In this document: piece by piece, positions 1 through 14,200 of the stretch
How positions within the stretch are numbered: position 1 is the first letter of the stretch
Layout: the number at the start of each line of letters is the position of its first letter
Assembly: GCA_051313645.2 (NCBI GenBank)
Contig: JBNRSN020000133.1
Coordinates: forward strand, 992,001-1,056,000
From: Centroscyllium fabricii
Taxonomy: Eukaryota
Direction of reading: 5' to 3'
DNA: 64,000 bases
Position numbers and translations under genes: made by a program
The notes under the pieces: model-generated
Told to the model about the DNA's origin: nothing
What the model saw: the letters and a program-made list of their open reading frames with translations, nothing else
Database searches by the model: none

Positions 1-3000
1 ACCACACAGGGACAACACACACTGCCCGCTCCCTGGGATAGCTCAGGGTCATCAACTTAACATACTGCACCTACAGTGGCATCACAGACTGCACACACTT
101 TTGTGTATCTCAGGGTCGGACAGTGAACATACTACACCCAACAGGGACAGCACACACTGCCCCAACCTGAGCTGCTCAGGGTAAGACACTGAATATGCCG
201 TACCCACAGGGACATCACATTCTGTCCACTCCTTTTGTTTCTCAGTGTCGGACAGTGAATATTTTGCACCCACAGAGACATCAAAAATTGCCCCCTCCCT
301 GGGACAGCTTTGAGTCATGACAGTGAACATACTGCACCCACAGAAACAGCACAAACGGACCACTCCCTGGGTCAGATCAGAGTCTGACAGAGAAAATACT
401 ACACCCACAGGAGCAGCACAAACGCCCCCCTCGCTGGGGCAGCTCAGAGTCAGACACTGAACTTACAACATCGACAGGAACAGCAAACACTGCCTCCTCC
501 CTGGGGCAGCGCAGAGTCAGACACTCAACATACTGCACCGACAGAAACAGCACACACTGCCCCCTCCCTGGGGCAGCTCAATTTCAGACACTGAACTCAC
601 TACATGCACAGTGAATCACACACTGCCCCCTCCCTGGGGCATCTTAGTGTCAACCACCCACAGTGACATCACAAACGGCCACCTCCCTGGAGCAGGTCAT
701 GGTCCGACACTGAACTGGCTGCACCCACAGGAACATAACACATTGCCACCTCCCTGGGGGAGATCAGAGACAGACACTGAGCATATTGCACCCACAGGAA
801 CAGCACATACTTCCCCCTCCCTGGGGCACCTCAGAGTCATAGACGGAATATACGACACCCAAAGTGACATCACACACAGGCCCCTCCCTTGGGAGATCAG
901 GTTCAGACACTGAACAAACGGCAATCACAGTGACGACACGAATTGCCCCCTCCGTGGTGCAGCTCAGGGTCATACACTGAGAAAACTGCAATGTATGTGA
1001 CCGCACCCACTGCCGCACATGTGACAGCTCTGGGTTAGATGCGAACATACTGCATGCCAAATTGAGATATGTCACTGGCCCGTCCCTGGGGAAGCCCAGT
1101 GTCAGATACTGACCGTATTGTACCCACAGTGACAACACACACTGCCGCATCCCTGGGGCAGATCAGACTCAGATACTGAACATACAGCACCCACAGGTAA
1201 ATCACACACTGCCTCATCCCTTGGGCAGCTCAGAGTCAGACACTGTGCATACTGCACTCACAGTGGCATCACACACTCACCGATCCCAGAGACAGCAAAG
1301 GGTCAGACACTGAACCTACCACACCCATAGTGACATCACACAAAGCCCGCTCTATGAGACTGCTCAGGGTCAGACACTGAACATACTGCACCCACTGTGA
1401 TATCACAAACTGCCCCCTCCCTGGGGCAGCTCAGGGTGGGACACCCAAGTCTCTGCACACAATGTACCTTCACACTCTGTCCGCTCCCTGAGACAGCTCA
1501 GGGTCAGACACTAAAGTCACTGCACCCAGAGTGACATCACACAATGACCGCTCCCTTGTGCATCACAGTGTCATACAATGAAACTACTACAACCACAGTG
1601 AACACACACACTGCCCTCTCCCTGGCGAATCTCAGAGTCAGATACTCAACATACTGCACCCCAGAGGGACATCGCACACGGCCCCCTCACGGGGGTTGCT
1701 CAGGATCAGTCAGTGAACATACTGCACCCAAAGGGTAATAACAAACTGCACACTCCTTTGGGCAGCTCAGGGTTGTACAGTGAACATACTGCACCCACAG
1801 GAACAACACAAAATGCCCGCTCATTGTGCAGCTCAGAGTAAAACACTGTACATATTGCATTCACAGGGACATCAAAAACGGCCGCCTCCCTGCGGCAGCT
1901 CAGGGATAGCCACTGAACTTACTGCACCCACAGTGACGTAACACAATGCTCCCTCCCTGGGACAGCTCAGACTCAAAAACTGAACTTACTGCATTCATAG
2001 TGACATCCCATACTGCCCCCTCCCTGGGGCAGCTCAGGGTCAGACACCCACAGTGATAACACATTCGGCCACCTCCCTGGAGCAGCTCATGGTCAGACAC
2101 TGAACTCACTGCACCCACAGTGACATAATACACTACTCCCTCCCTGGGACAGTTCAGAGTCTGACACTGAGCATGCTGCACCCATAGTGACTTCACATAC
2201 TGCCCCCTCCTTGGGCAGCTCATAGTCAGACACTGAACATACCACACCCGCAGGAACTTCAGACAATGCCCCATTTTAGTGGCAGACCAGATTCAGACAC
2301 TGAACCTACTTCTCCAACAGTGATTTCACACACTGCTCATCCCTGGGGAATATCAAACTCAGACACTGAACATATTGCACCCACAGTGATATTATACAGT
2401 GCAACCTCCCTGTGAAAGTTAAGACTCAGACACTGAACATACTGCAACCACAGTGACTTCACACAATTCCACCTCCCTAGGGAAGCACAGGGTCAGACAA
2501 TGAACACACTTCACCCAAAGTGACTTCACCTGCTACCACGACCTGGTACATCTCAGGGTCAGACACTGAACATATTGCACCCAAAGGGACATCACACACT
2601 GCGCTATCCCTAGAAAAACTAGGGGTAAGAGGGTGAACATAATGCACCCACATTACCATCACACACTGCCCCCTCCCTGGGGCAGCTCAGATTCAAACAC
2701 TGTACATGCAGCAACCACAGGTAAATCACACACTGCCTCATCCCTTGGGCAGTTCAGAGCCAGATACTGAGCAAACTGCACACGCAGTGGCATCACACTC
2801 TATCCGCTCCCTGACACAGCTAAGGGTGAGACACTTAACATACTGCACCGATAGTGACAGCAAACAATGCCCGCTCCCTTGGGCAGCTCAGGGTCAAACA
2901 CTGAACATACTGCACCCACAGGGACCTCAGACACTTCCCTCTCCCTGGGACGGCTCAGAGTCAGACACTGAATATACTGCGCCCACGGTGACATCACAAA

Positions 3001-6000
3001 CTGTCCCCTCCCTGGGGCAGCTCAGGGTCGGACTCCCAGAGGGACATCACAAACGACCCCTCCCAATGGCAGCTGAGAGTCAGAAACTGGAGTCACTGCA
3101 CCCAAAGTGCCATCATAGACTGTCCGCTCCCTGCGGCAGCTGAGATTCAGACACTTAAATACTGCACCCCAAAGGGACATCACATACTTCCCTCTCCCTG
3201 GGATAGCTCAGAGTCAAACACTGAACATACTGCACCCACAGTGACATCAAAAATTGCCCGCTCCCTTGGGGAGCTCAGGGTCATACACTGAATCAAACTG
3301 CACCCACAGGGACACCACATACTTCCCTCTCCCTGGGACAGCACATATTCAAACACTGAACATGCTGCATTCATAGTGGGGCAGCTCAGGGTCAGACACC
3401 CACAGTGACAGCACATTCGGCCCCCTCCCTGTTGCAGCTCATGGTCAGGCACTGAACTCACTGCACCCGCTGTGACATAACACACTGCTCCCACCCTGGG
3501 ACAGCTCAGAGTCAGACACTGAACATACTGCACCCATAATGACTTCACACAATGCCCCCTCCTTGGGCAGCTCACTATCAAGGCACTGAACATACTACAC
3601 CCGAAGGTACATCATACAATGCCCTATCCATGGGGCAAATACAGACACTGACCATACTGCTCCAACAGTGACATCACACGCTGCCAATCCACGGGGGATA
3701 TGAGTGTCAGACTCTGATCATATTGCACCCACAGTGATATTATACAGTGCACCCTCCCTGTGAATGCTAACCGTCAGACACTGAACATACTGCAACCACA
3801 GTGACTTCACACCATGCCCCCTCCCTAGGGAAGCATAGGGTCAGACAATGAACACACCTCCCCCAATTTGACTTCACGTGCTTCCCACTACCTGGGACAA
3901 TTCAGGGTGAGACGCTGATCATATTGCACCCAAAGGGACATCACATACTGCACTCTCCCTGGAACAGCTCAGGGTTAGACGGTGAACATAAAGCACCCAC
4001 AGCGCCATCACACACTGCCCCCTCCCTGGGGCAGCTCAGATTCAGACACTGAACATACAGCACCCACGGGTAAATCACACACTGCCTCATCCCTGGGGCA
4101 GTTCAGAGCCAGACACTGAGCAAACTGCACTCACAGTGGCATCACACTCTCTCCGCTCTCTGACACAGCTCAGGGTCAGACACCTAACCTGTCGCACCCA
4201 TAGTGACATCACACAATGCCTGCTGTATGAGACAGCTCAGGGTCAGACACTGAACATACTGCAGCCATACTGACATCACACAATGCCCGCTTCCTCGGGC
4301 AGCTCAGGGTTATACACTGAACATACCGCGCCCACAGTGATACCACAGACTGTCCCCTCCCTGGGGCAACTCAGAGTCAGACACTGAAAATACTGCGCCC
4401 ACAGTGACATCACACACTGTCCCCTCCCTGTGGCAGCTCAATGTCAGATACTCAACATACTGCACTGCTCAGGGACATCACACACTGTCCCCTCACGGGG
4501 GTTGTTCAGGGACAGACACTGAACAGACTGCACGCACAGGGTGATAACACACTGCCAACTCTTTGGTTAGCTCAGTGTCAGACAGTGAATATAGTGCACC
4601 CACAGAGAAATCTCAAACTGCCCCCTCCCTGTGACAGGTCAGAGACAGACAGAGAACATACTGCACCCACTGCAACAACACAAGCTGCCCGCTCATTGGA
4701 CAGCTCAGAGTCAAACACTGATCATACTGCATTAATAGTGACATCAAATACTGCCTCCTCCCTGGGGCAGTTTAGGGTCAGACACCCACAGTATCAGCAC
4801 AATCGGCCCACTCCCTGGAACAGCTCATGGTCAGACACTGAACTCACTGCACCCGCAGTGACATAGCACACTGCTCCCTCCCTGGGACAGCTCAGAGTCA
4901 GACACTGAACATACTGCACCCATAGTGAATTCACCCACTGCCCGCTCCTTGGGCAGCTTAGGGTCAGACACTGAGCATACTGCACACGCAGGTACATCAC
5001 AGGGTTAGATAGTGAACATGCTGCACCCGGAAGTGACAACTCTCTGGCCCCTTCCTGGGGCATCGCAGAGTCATGTACTGATCGTACTGCACCCACAGTG
5101 ACACACATACTGCCCACTCCCTGGATCTCAGATTCATACACTAAACATAAAGCACCCATACGTAAATCACACACTGGCCCCTCCCTGTGGGAGATCAGGT
5201 TCTGACACTAAACACACTGCACTCACAGTGAAGTAACACACTGCCCCCTCCCTGAGGCAGCTCAGGGTCAGAAACTGAGCAAACTTTAAACACGGTGGCA
5301 TAACACATTGTCATTCCCGCGACAGCTCAGGGTTAGATAGTGAAAACACTGCACCCCAAATGGACAACTCTCACTGGTCCCTCCCTGCGGCAGCACAGAT
5401 TCAAATACTGAACATAATGCACCCACAGGCAAATCACACACTGCCCCTCCCTGGGGCGGCCCAGAGTCAGACACTTTGGAAACTTTACCCACAGGGACAT
5501 CATATACTGCCCCCTCCCTGGGACAGCTCAGAGGCAGACACTGAGCATACGTCACCCACAGTAACATTACACACTGTCCCCTCCCTGAGACAGCTCAGAG
5601 GCAGACACTCAACATACTGCACCACAGTGATATCTCTCACTATCCACTCCCTGGGGCAGCTCAGGGTCTGACAATGAACATACTTCACCCACAGGGACAT
5701 CACACACTGCCCACTCCCTGTGACAGCTCAGTGGCAGACACTCAACATACTGCACTCCAATGTGGCATCTCTCATTGGCCCCTCCCTGGGGCAGCTCAGC
5801 GTCTGACACTGAACATACTTCACCCACAGGGACATCACACGCTTCCCTTTCACTGAGACAGCTCAGGGTCATACACTGAACATACTGCACCCACAGTGAT
5901 ATCTCTCACTGGCCCCTCCCTGGGCAGCACAGCGTCAGACACTTAACACACGGCACCCACAGGTAAATTACACACTGCCCCCTCCCTAGGCCAGCTAAGA

Positions 6001-6240
6001 GTGAGACACTGAACATATTGCATCCACAGTGACATCACACACTGCCCCATCCCTGGGACAGATCAGAGTCTGACATTGAAAATATTGCACCCACAGTGAC
6101 ATCACAGGCTGCCCTAAAACTGGGAAAGCTCAGGCTCAGACACTGAACATATTGTTCCCCAAATAGACATCACAATCTATCACCTTCCTGGGACAACTCA
6201 CGGTCATTTATTGAATATTCTGCACGCTATTGTGAATGCA
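1..6240. repeat. Satellite 1, ~67-bp monomer, C/A-rich on + strand, with ~1.37-kb higher-order period
   Basis: Recurring unit GCAGCTCAGGGTCAGACACTGAACATACTGCACCCACAGTGACATCACACACTGCCCCCTCCCTGGG; for example CTCAGGGT at 1363 and 1430 is 67 bp apart. ORFs here are repeat artefacts. Confidence 0.95.
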
Positions 6241-8024
6241 GAAACTGCACCCTCCCTTTACGAGTCACTGCTGGAGGGACGGGGGACATAGGATAAACTT
6301 CGCCACATCTTTTGGCCATAAATCCTGTAAATCAGGACTCTGGCTGTGGGCAATATACTAAGCGATCTTTATCAATTCCCACCACGACCTCAGCAATTGT
6401 GCCCCTTTTACTGTCCCAGTCAGGTCCACAACGGCTTACCAGACCCAGTACCAGACTGAAACAACACTCCCACATCGGTGCCTGTCCCAGAATGTTCCAG
6501 AACCGCGTCCACCAGGATGTGTCCCAGACTGAACCAGGCACTTCCTCACCAGGCCCTGAAAAAGATTCAACCTCACATGCCGCTCTCTCAGACAGAAAGA
6601 CCCTCACTCACCGGTCCCGGGCCTAGACTGAAAATGAATCTCCTGCGGCAGCCCACGTTCTCAGAAGCCGCTCTCACAGGCAGAGCTAGACACTCACTCA
6701 CAGACATTTTCCCAGAATGAAACAGACGATCTCTCAAGTTTCCCTGTTCCTGATTGAACCAAACACAGTCTCACCAACATATGTCCCAGTCTGAACGAGG
6801 CATAGTCTCACCCGTCTCTGTCCCAGACTGGACCATACCCTCCCACAGCAGACGCTGTCCTAGACTGAACCTCACCCACCCTCACCAGCCCCTGTCCCAG
6901 ACTGAACCAGACCCTCACTCTCTAGCCCCAGTCCCAGATTGACCCAGACGCTCCCTCATCAGACCTTTTCCCAGACTGAACCAGACCCTCCCGCACCAGG
7001 CCCTGTCCCAGTCTGAAACAGACCCTCAATCACCAGCCCTTGTCCCAGAATGTTCCAGACTCACACTCACCCGACATTTTCAGAGACTGAAACAGACACT
7101 CCCTCACAACACTTGTTCCAGACTGAAAATACTCCTCGGCATCAGTCCCTATTCCCGACGCAACTAAACCTTGTGTCAGACACCAATGGTCCTGATTGAA
7201 ATAAATCCTCTCTCACAAGCCCCTGTCCAAGTCTGAACGACACAGTTCCTCACCAGGCACTGTCCCAGATTGACCCAGACACTTACCAGTCCCTATACCT
7301 GACTGACACAGACCCTCACCAGTCCCTATCCCTGACTTACATAAACCCTCACCAGTCCCTGTCACAGGCTGGTCCCTTTCCCAGACTGAATCTGAATGTG
7401 CCTCAACTGTCCCTGTGCAAGTCTGAACCAGACGCACTTTCACCGGCACCTGTCCCAGACAGAAACAGACCCTCTTTCAGCAGCACCTGTACCAGACAGA
7501 AACAGACACTCTTTCACCAGCAATTGTCCCTGACTAAACCAGGCCCTCACTCACCAGCCTCTGTCCAAGACTGAACCAGACACTCACACACCAGCCCCTG
7601 TCCCAGACTGAATCACAACATCCCTCACCAGCCCGTGCCCAGACTGAAACTCACCCTCTCACACCAGCCCCTGTCCCAGACAGAACCCGACACTCTCTAC
7701 ACATCCCTGGCCCAGACTGAAACAAACCCTCACTCACCAGTCCCTGTCACAAACTGAACCCGGAACTTTCTCACCAGCCGTGCCCAGACTGACCCGGATC
7801 CACTCTCACCAGCCCCTTTAGCAGACTAAACCAAGCACACCCTCACCAGTTCCTGTCCCAGACCCTCACTCACCAAAGCCTGTCCCAGACTGAACCAGAC
7901 CCTGACTCAATAGTCCCTGTCCCAGACTAAACCAGACCCTTACTCACCAGCCCCTGTCCCAGACTGAAACAAACCCGCAGACACCAGCCCCTTTACCAGA
8001 ATAAACCAGACCCTCACTCACCTA

Positions 8025-9260
8025 CATAAGAACATAATAACTTTATACATAGGAGCAGGAATAGGACAATAGGCCCCTCGAGCCTGCTCCGCTATTCAAT
8101 AGATCATGGCTGATCTGATCCTAACAACCAATCTACTATCACAGAAGCATCTCCTGAATCTAACAGAATTAGACACACGAAATAGGAGCAGGATCAGGCT
8201 ACACGGTCTGAACCTAGACTCATGTCCAAATTACTGCCCACTCCCCGTAACACTTAATCCTACTAGGAAACTGTCTATTTCTGTTCTAAATTTATGTAAT
8301 GAAGTAGCTTCTACAGCTATTTAGGGCAGCATGTTCCATGGACCTACTACTCTCTGAGAGAAGTAGTTTCTCCTCATATCAGTTTTGAAAGAGCAGCCCC
8401 TTAAACTAAATTTATGCCCCCTAGTTCCAGTTTCACCCATCAATGGGAACATCTACCCCGCATCCACCCGATCCAACCCCTTCACAATCTTATATGTTTC
8501 AATAAGATCTCCCCTCATTCTTATGAACCCCAATGAGTAGAGTCACAATCATCTCAACCTCTCCTCATATGTCCAACCCCTTATCCATGGGATTAACCGA
8601 GTGAACCTTCTTTGTACTTACTCGAGAGAGAGTATGTCGTTTCTTAAGTATGGACACCAAAACTGTATGCAGTATTCCAGGTGCCGTCACAACAATACCT
8701 TGTACAACTGAAGCAATACCTCCCTATTTTTATATTCTATCCCCATAGCTATGAAAGCCAACATTCCATTGGCCTTAGTAATCACTTGCTGGACATGCAT
8801 ACTAACCTTTTGAGTTTCGAGCACCAGTCCCCCAGATCCCCTTGTACTACAGTACTTTCCAGTTTCTTGCCATTAAGATATTAATCAGCTCTACGATTTT
8901 TCCTCCCAAAGTTCATAACTGTATACTTTCCAGTATTGTACGCCATCTGCCAAATCTCAGCCCACTGACTTAGCCTGTCTATGTCCCCTTGCAGTTTTTT
9001 TATGTCCTCCTCATTCACCACTTTCCCTCCCATCTTAGTATCATCTGCAAACTTTGATATGTTAAACTCGGTCCCCTCCCCCAAATCGTTAATATAAATT
9101 GTAAAGAGTTGGGGACCCAGCGATGACCCCTGCGGAACACCACTAGTTACCGATTGCCAGTCTATAAATGACCCATTTATCCCAACTCTCTGCCTTCTGT
9201 TAGATAGCCAATCCTCTATCCATGCCAGAATATTACCCCCAATTCCCAGATTTTTTATTT
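8025..9260 (-). mobile_element. 5'-truncated CR1 LINE, 3' part of RT, inserted in satellite 2
   Basis: ORF 8881-9330(-) has SGVPQGS.LGPQLFTIYINDL and KFADDTK. CR1 3' tail with (TAAGAACA)-like microsatellite near 8025. Confidence 0.9.
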
Positions 9261-12200
9261 TACCTGCCCCTTTCTCAGACTGAACCAGACCCTCATTCAC
9301 CAGTCCCTGTACCAGACGGAACCAGACCATCCCCGAACAGACACATTCCCAAACCTAACCAGAATCTCACTCACCAGCCCCTTTCCCAGACTGAACCAGC
9401 ACCTCACAAACCAGCCCCTGTCCCAGACTCAACCTGACCTGCACTCCATGGATCCTGTCCCAGACTGAACCACACCCTTACTCACCAGCAACTTTATTAG
9501 ACTGAACCAGACCCGCACTCACCAGCCCCTGTCCCAGACTGAACCAGAACCTTACTCACCAGCCCCTCTCCCAGACTGAACCAGAACCTTACTCACCAGC
9601 CCCTGTCCCAGACTGAACCAGGACCTTACTCACCAGCCCCTGTAACAGACTGAACCAGACCGTCCCTGAACAGACCCAGTCCCTGACTGAACCAGACACT
9701 CACTCGATAGCCCCTTTCCCAGACTAACCCAGACCCTCACTCACCTGCCCCTTTCCAAGACTGAATCAGACCCTCACTCACCAGTTCCTGTACGAGACGG
9801 AACCAGACCGTCCCTGAAAAGACCCAGTCCCGGACTGAACCAGACCCTCACTCGTCAGTCCCTTTCCCAGACTAAACAAGACCCTCACAAACCAACCACT
9901 GTCCCAGACTGAACAACACATTCACTCACCATTCCCGTCCAGTATGACCCTGTCCTTATCTCATCAGCCCCTGTCCTACACTGACTCAGACACCCACTCA
10001 CCAGCTCCTGTCCCAGACTGAACTAGACATTCACTCACCAGTCCCGTCCCAGTATGACCGTGACTCTATCTCATCAACCCCTGTCACACACTGACTCAGA
10101 CACTCACTCACCAGCTCCTCTCCCAGACTGACCCAGACCCACACTCACCTGACATTTTCATAGACAGAAACAGACACTCCCTCTCAACTCCTGTTCAAGA
10201 CTGAAAAAACCCACTTCGGCATCAGTCCCTGTTCCAGCCGCAAATAAGCCCTCTGTCAGCCAAAACATTTCCTAATTGAAACATATCCTCTTTCACAAGC
10301 CCCTGTCCAAGTCTGAACCACAACCTCTCTCACCAGTCCCTATCCCAGGTTGCCCCAGGCACAAAACAGTCCCTATCGCAGGCTGACCCATACACTCACC
10401 AGGCCCTATCCCAGTCTGACACAGACCCACACCAGTCCCTGTCCCAGGCTGACACAGACCCTCACCAGTCCTATCACAGGCTGAACCAGGCAGACAACAG
10501 TCCCTATCGCAGGCTGACCCACACTCTCATCAGTCCCTATCCCAGAATGACCAAGACCCTCACCAGTCCGTATCCCAGACTTACAATGTCCCTCACCAGT
10601 CCCTGTCCCATACTTAAACAGACCCTCACCAGTCCTAGTCCCAGACTGACCCAGACCCTTACTAGTCCCTGTCCCAGACTGAACCAGTTCTCTCACCAGT
10701 CCCTATTCCAGGCTAACTTCTATACACAACAGTCCCTATACCAGGCTGACCCAGACCCTCACAAGTCCCTATCGCAGGCTGACCCAGATCCTCACCAGCC
10801 CCTGGCCCAGACTGACCCACACCCTCATCAGTCGCTGTCTCAGACTGACCCAGACCATCAACAGTTCCTGTCCAAGACTGAACCAGACCCTCACCAGACC
10901 CTGGCCCAGACTGACCCATCCCCTCAGCAGTTCCTGTCCCAGGCTGACCCAGACCCTCACCAGTTCCTGTCCCAGGCTGACCTAAACCCTCCCCAGTCCC
11001 TGTACCAGACTGACCCAGACCCTCCCCAGTCCCTGGCCCAGACTGACCCAGACCCTAACCAGTTACTGTCTCAGACTGTCCCACACCCTCACCAGTCCCT
11101 GTCCCAGACTGACCCAGAATCTCACCAGTTACTGTATCAGACTGACTCACACACTCACCAGTCCCTGTCCCAGACTGATCCAAACACTCCCTCACAAGCC
11201 TCTATCGGAGACGGAACGAGACCCTCACTCACAACCCATGTCCCAGATTGAAACAGGCCTTCCCTCTCCAGCCCATGACACAGATTGAAACAGACCGTCA
11301 CTCACCAGCCAGAGCCCAAACTGAACCAGACACTCATTCACCAGCCCCTGTCCCGTATTGACCCAGACACTCATTCACCAGCCCCTGTCCCAGACTGATC
11401 CAGACACTCATTCACCAGCCCCTGTCCCAGACTGAACAAGACACTCACTCAGCAGCCCGTGTACAAGAATGACCCAGACACTCAATCACCAGCACCTGAC
11501 CCAGACCTTCTCTCAACACCCGCTGTCCCTGTCTGACCCAGACCCTCACTCACCAGCCCCTGTCCCAATCTGAACCTGACCCTCACTCTCCAGCCCCTGT
11601 CCCAATCTGAGCCAGACACTCACTCACCAGCCCAGGCCCAGACTGAAGCAGACCCTCCCGCACCATGCCCTGTCCCAGTCTGAAAGTGAGCCTGTCTCAT
11701 CAGCCCCTGTCCCAGACTGACCCAGACCCACAATCACGAGCCCCTGTTCAAGTCTGAAAAGGAACGTCACTCACCAGTCCCTATCTCAGACTGACCCAGA
11801 TCCTCACCAGATCCAGGCCCAGTCTGACCCAGACCCTTACCAGTTCCTGATTCAGACTGACACATAGCTTCAACAGTCCATGTCCCAGACTGACCCATAC
11901 CCTCAGCAGTTCCTGTCCCTGGCTGACGCAGACCCTCACCAGTCCCTGTCACAGGCTGACCCAACCCCTCACCAGTCCCTCTCCCAGACTGACCCAGACC
12001 TTCACAAGCCCCTGGCCCAGACTGACCCACACCCTCACCAGTCACTGTCTCAGACTGACCCAGACACTCACCAGTTCTTGTCTCAAACTGAACCAGACCC
12101 TCACAAGTCCCTGGCCCAGACTGACCAATACCCTCAGCAGTTCCTGTCCCAGGCTGACTCAGACCCTCACCCGTCCCTGGCCCAGTCTGACCCAAACCCT

Positions 12201-13200
12201 CACCAGTCGATGTCCCAGACTGACCCAGTCCCTCACCAGTTCCTGACTCAGACTGACCCACACCCTCATCAGTGGCTGTCTCAGACTGACCCAGACCCTC
12301 ACCAGTCACTGTCCCAGACTGACCCACACCCTCACCAGTCGCTGTCTCAGACTGACCCAGACCCTCACCAGTCGCAGTTTCAGACTGACCCAGGCCCTCT
12401 CCAGTCCCTGCTGCAGACTGATCCAGACCCTCACCAGTCCCGTCTCAGACTGACCCAGACACTCACCTGTCCCTTTTTTAGACTGACCCAGACACTCACT
12501 TGTTACTATCTCAGCCTGACCCAGACACTCACCACTCCCTGTTACAGGCTGGCCAAGACCCTCACCAGTCCCTGTCTCAGCCTGACCCAGATCCTCACCA
12601 GTCACTATACCAGACTTTACCAGACCCTCACCAGTCCCTGTCTCAGACTGACCCATATCCTCACCACTCCCTGCCCCAGAATGACCCACACTCCCTCCAG
12701 TCAATATCCCTGGCTTTCACATACCATCACCAGTCCCTATCCCAGGCTGACGCAGACCCTCACCAGTTCCTGTCCCAGACTGACACAGACCCTCTCCCAT
12801 ACATATCACAGGCTGAACCTGAAGCTCACCGGTCCATATCCTAAGCTGACCCATAACCTCACCATTTCTGCCCCAGACTGACCCAATCCCTCACCAATCC
12901 ATTTCGTAGGCTGACCCGGACCCACACCAGTCCCTATCCCTGGCTGACGCAGACGCTCACCAGTCCCTATCAAAGGCTGTCCCACACCTCACCAGTTCCT
13001 GTCCCAGACTGACCGAGACACTCACCAGTCCTTTTCTCAGTCAGACCCAGACCCTCACCAGTTCCTGTCCCAGACTGACCCAGACCATCACTAGTCCCTG
13101 TCCAAGTCCGATCCAGACCCTCACCAGTCACTATCCCAAACTGACCCCTACCCGAACCTGCCCCTGTCCCAGACAGAACCAGACCCTCACACACAACCCC

Positions 13201-14200
13201 TGTCCTCTGCTATTTGTGATCTTTATCAATGACTTGGAGGAGGGGGCTGAAGGGGGGGTCAGTAAATTTGCGGATGACACCAAGATAGGTGGAGTAGTGG
13301 ATGGGGTGGAGGGAAGTAATAGGCTGCAGAGAGACATTGACAGGGTGCAGAACTGGGCCGAAAATGTGTCAGATGGAGTTTAACCTTAACAACTGGGAGG
13401 TGATTCATTTTGTTAGGACTAATATGAATATGGAGTACAGGGTCAGCGGCAAGTTTCTGAAGTGTGTGGAGGAACAAAGGGATCTTGGGGTTCATGTCCA
13501 TAAATCACTGAAGGCTGCCAGTCAGGTGGATAAAGCTGTAAAGAAGGCCTATAGTGTGTTGGCATTTGTTAACAATGGATTTGAGTTTAATAACCGTGGG
13601 GTTATGCTGCAATTTTACAGGTCCCTGGTGAGACCACACTTGCAATATTGTGTGCAGTTCTGAGCACCTCACTATAGGAAGGATGTGGAGGCATTTGAAA
13701 GAGTGCAGAGGAGATTTACCAGGATGCTGCCTGGTTTGGGTGGTATGTCTTATGAGGAGAGGTTGAGCGAGCTGGTGCTCTACTCTTTGGAGCGAAGGAG
13801 GTTGAGAGGCGACTTAATAGTGATTTATAAGATGATGTAGGGTATAGATAGAGTGGACGCTCAGAGGCTATTTCCTCGGTTGGGTGTAACGCTTCCAAGA
13901 GGGCATAACTATAGGATACATGGTGGAAGATTTAGGAAGGATGTCAGAGGCAGATTATTTACCCAGAGTGTGGTCGGGGTGTGGTATGGACTGCCTGCTG
14001 ACATAGTGGAGTCGGATAATTTGGAAGCCTTCAAAAGGTTATTGGATAAGCACATGGAGTGCAATGGAGGCTAGGGGGGGAGGGATAGCAATATTTCATA
14101 TCAGAACATGCTCTGCACTACATTGAGGGCCGAAGGGCCTGTAATGTGCTGTATTGTTCTATGTACTATGTAATATGTACTATGTACTATGTTCTATGTC
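13201..14200 (+). mobile_element. 5'-truncated CR1 LINE (HER1-like tail)
   Basis: KFADDTK, RDLGVHVHKSLK and LVRPHLQYCVQF motifs. Tail GGGCCGAAGGGCCTG...(TACTATG)n. TGTCC at 13201 and 14197 may be a target duplication. Confidence 0.9.
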
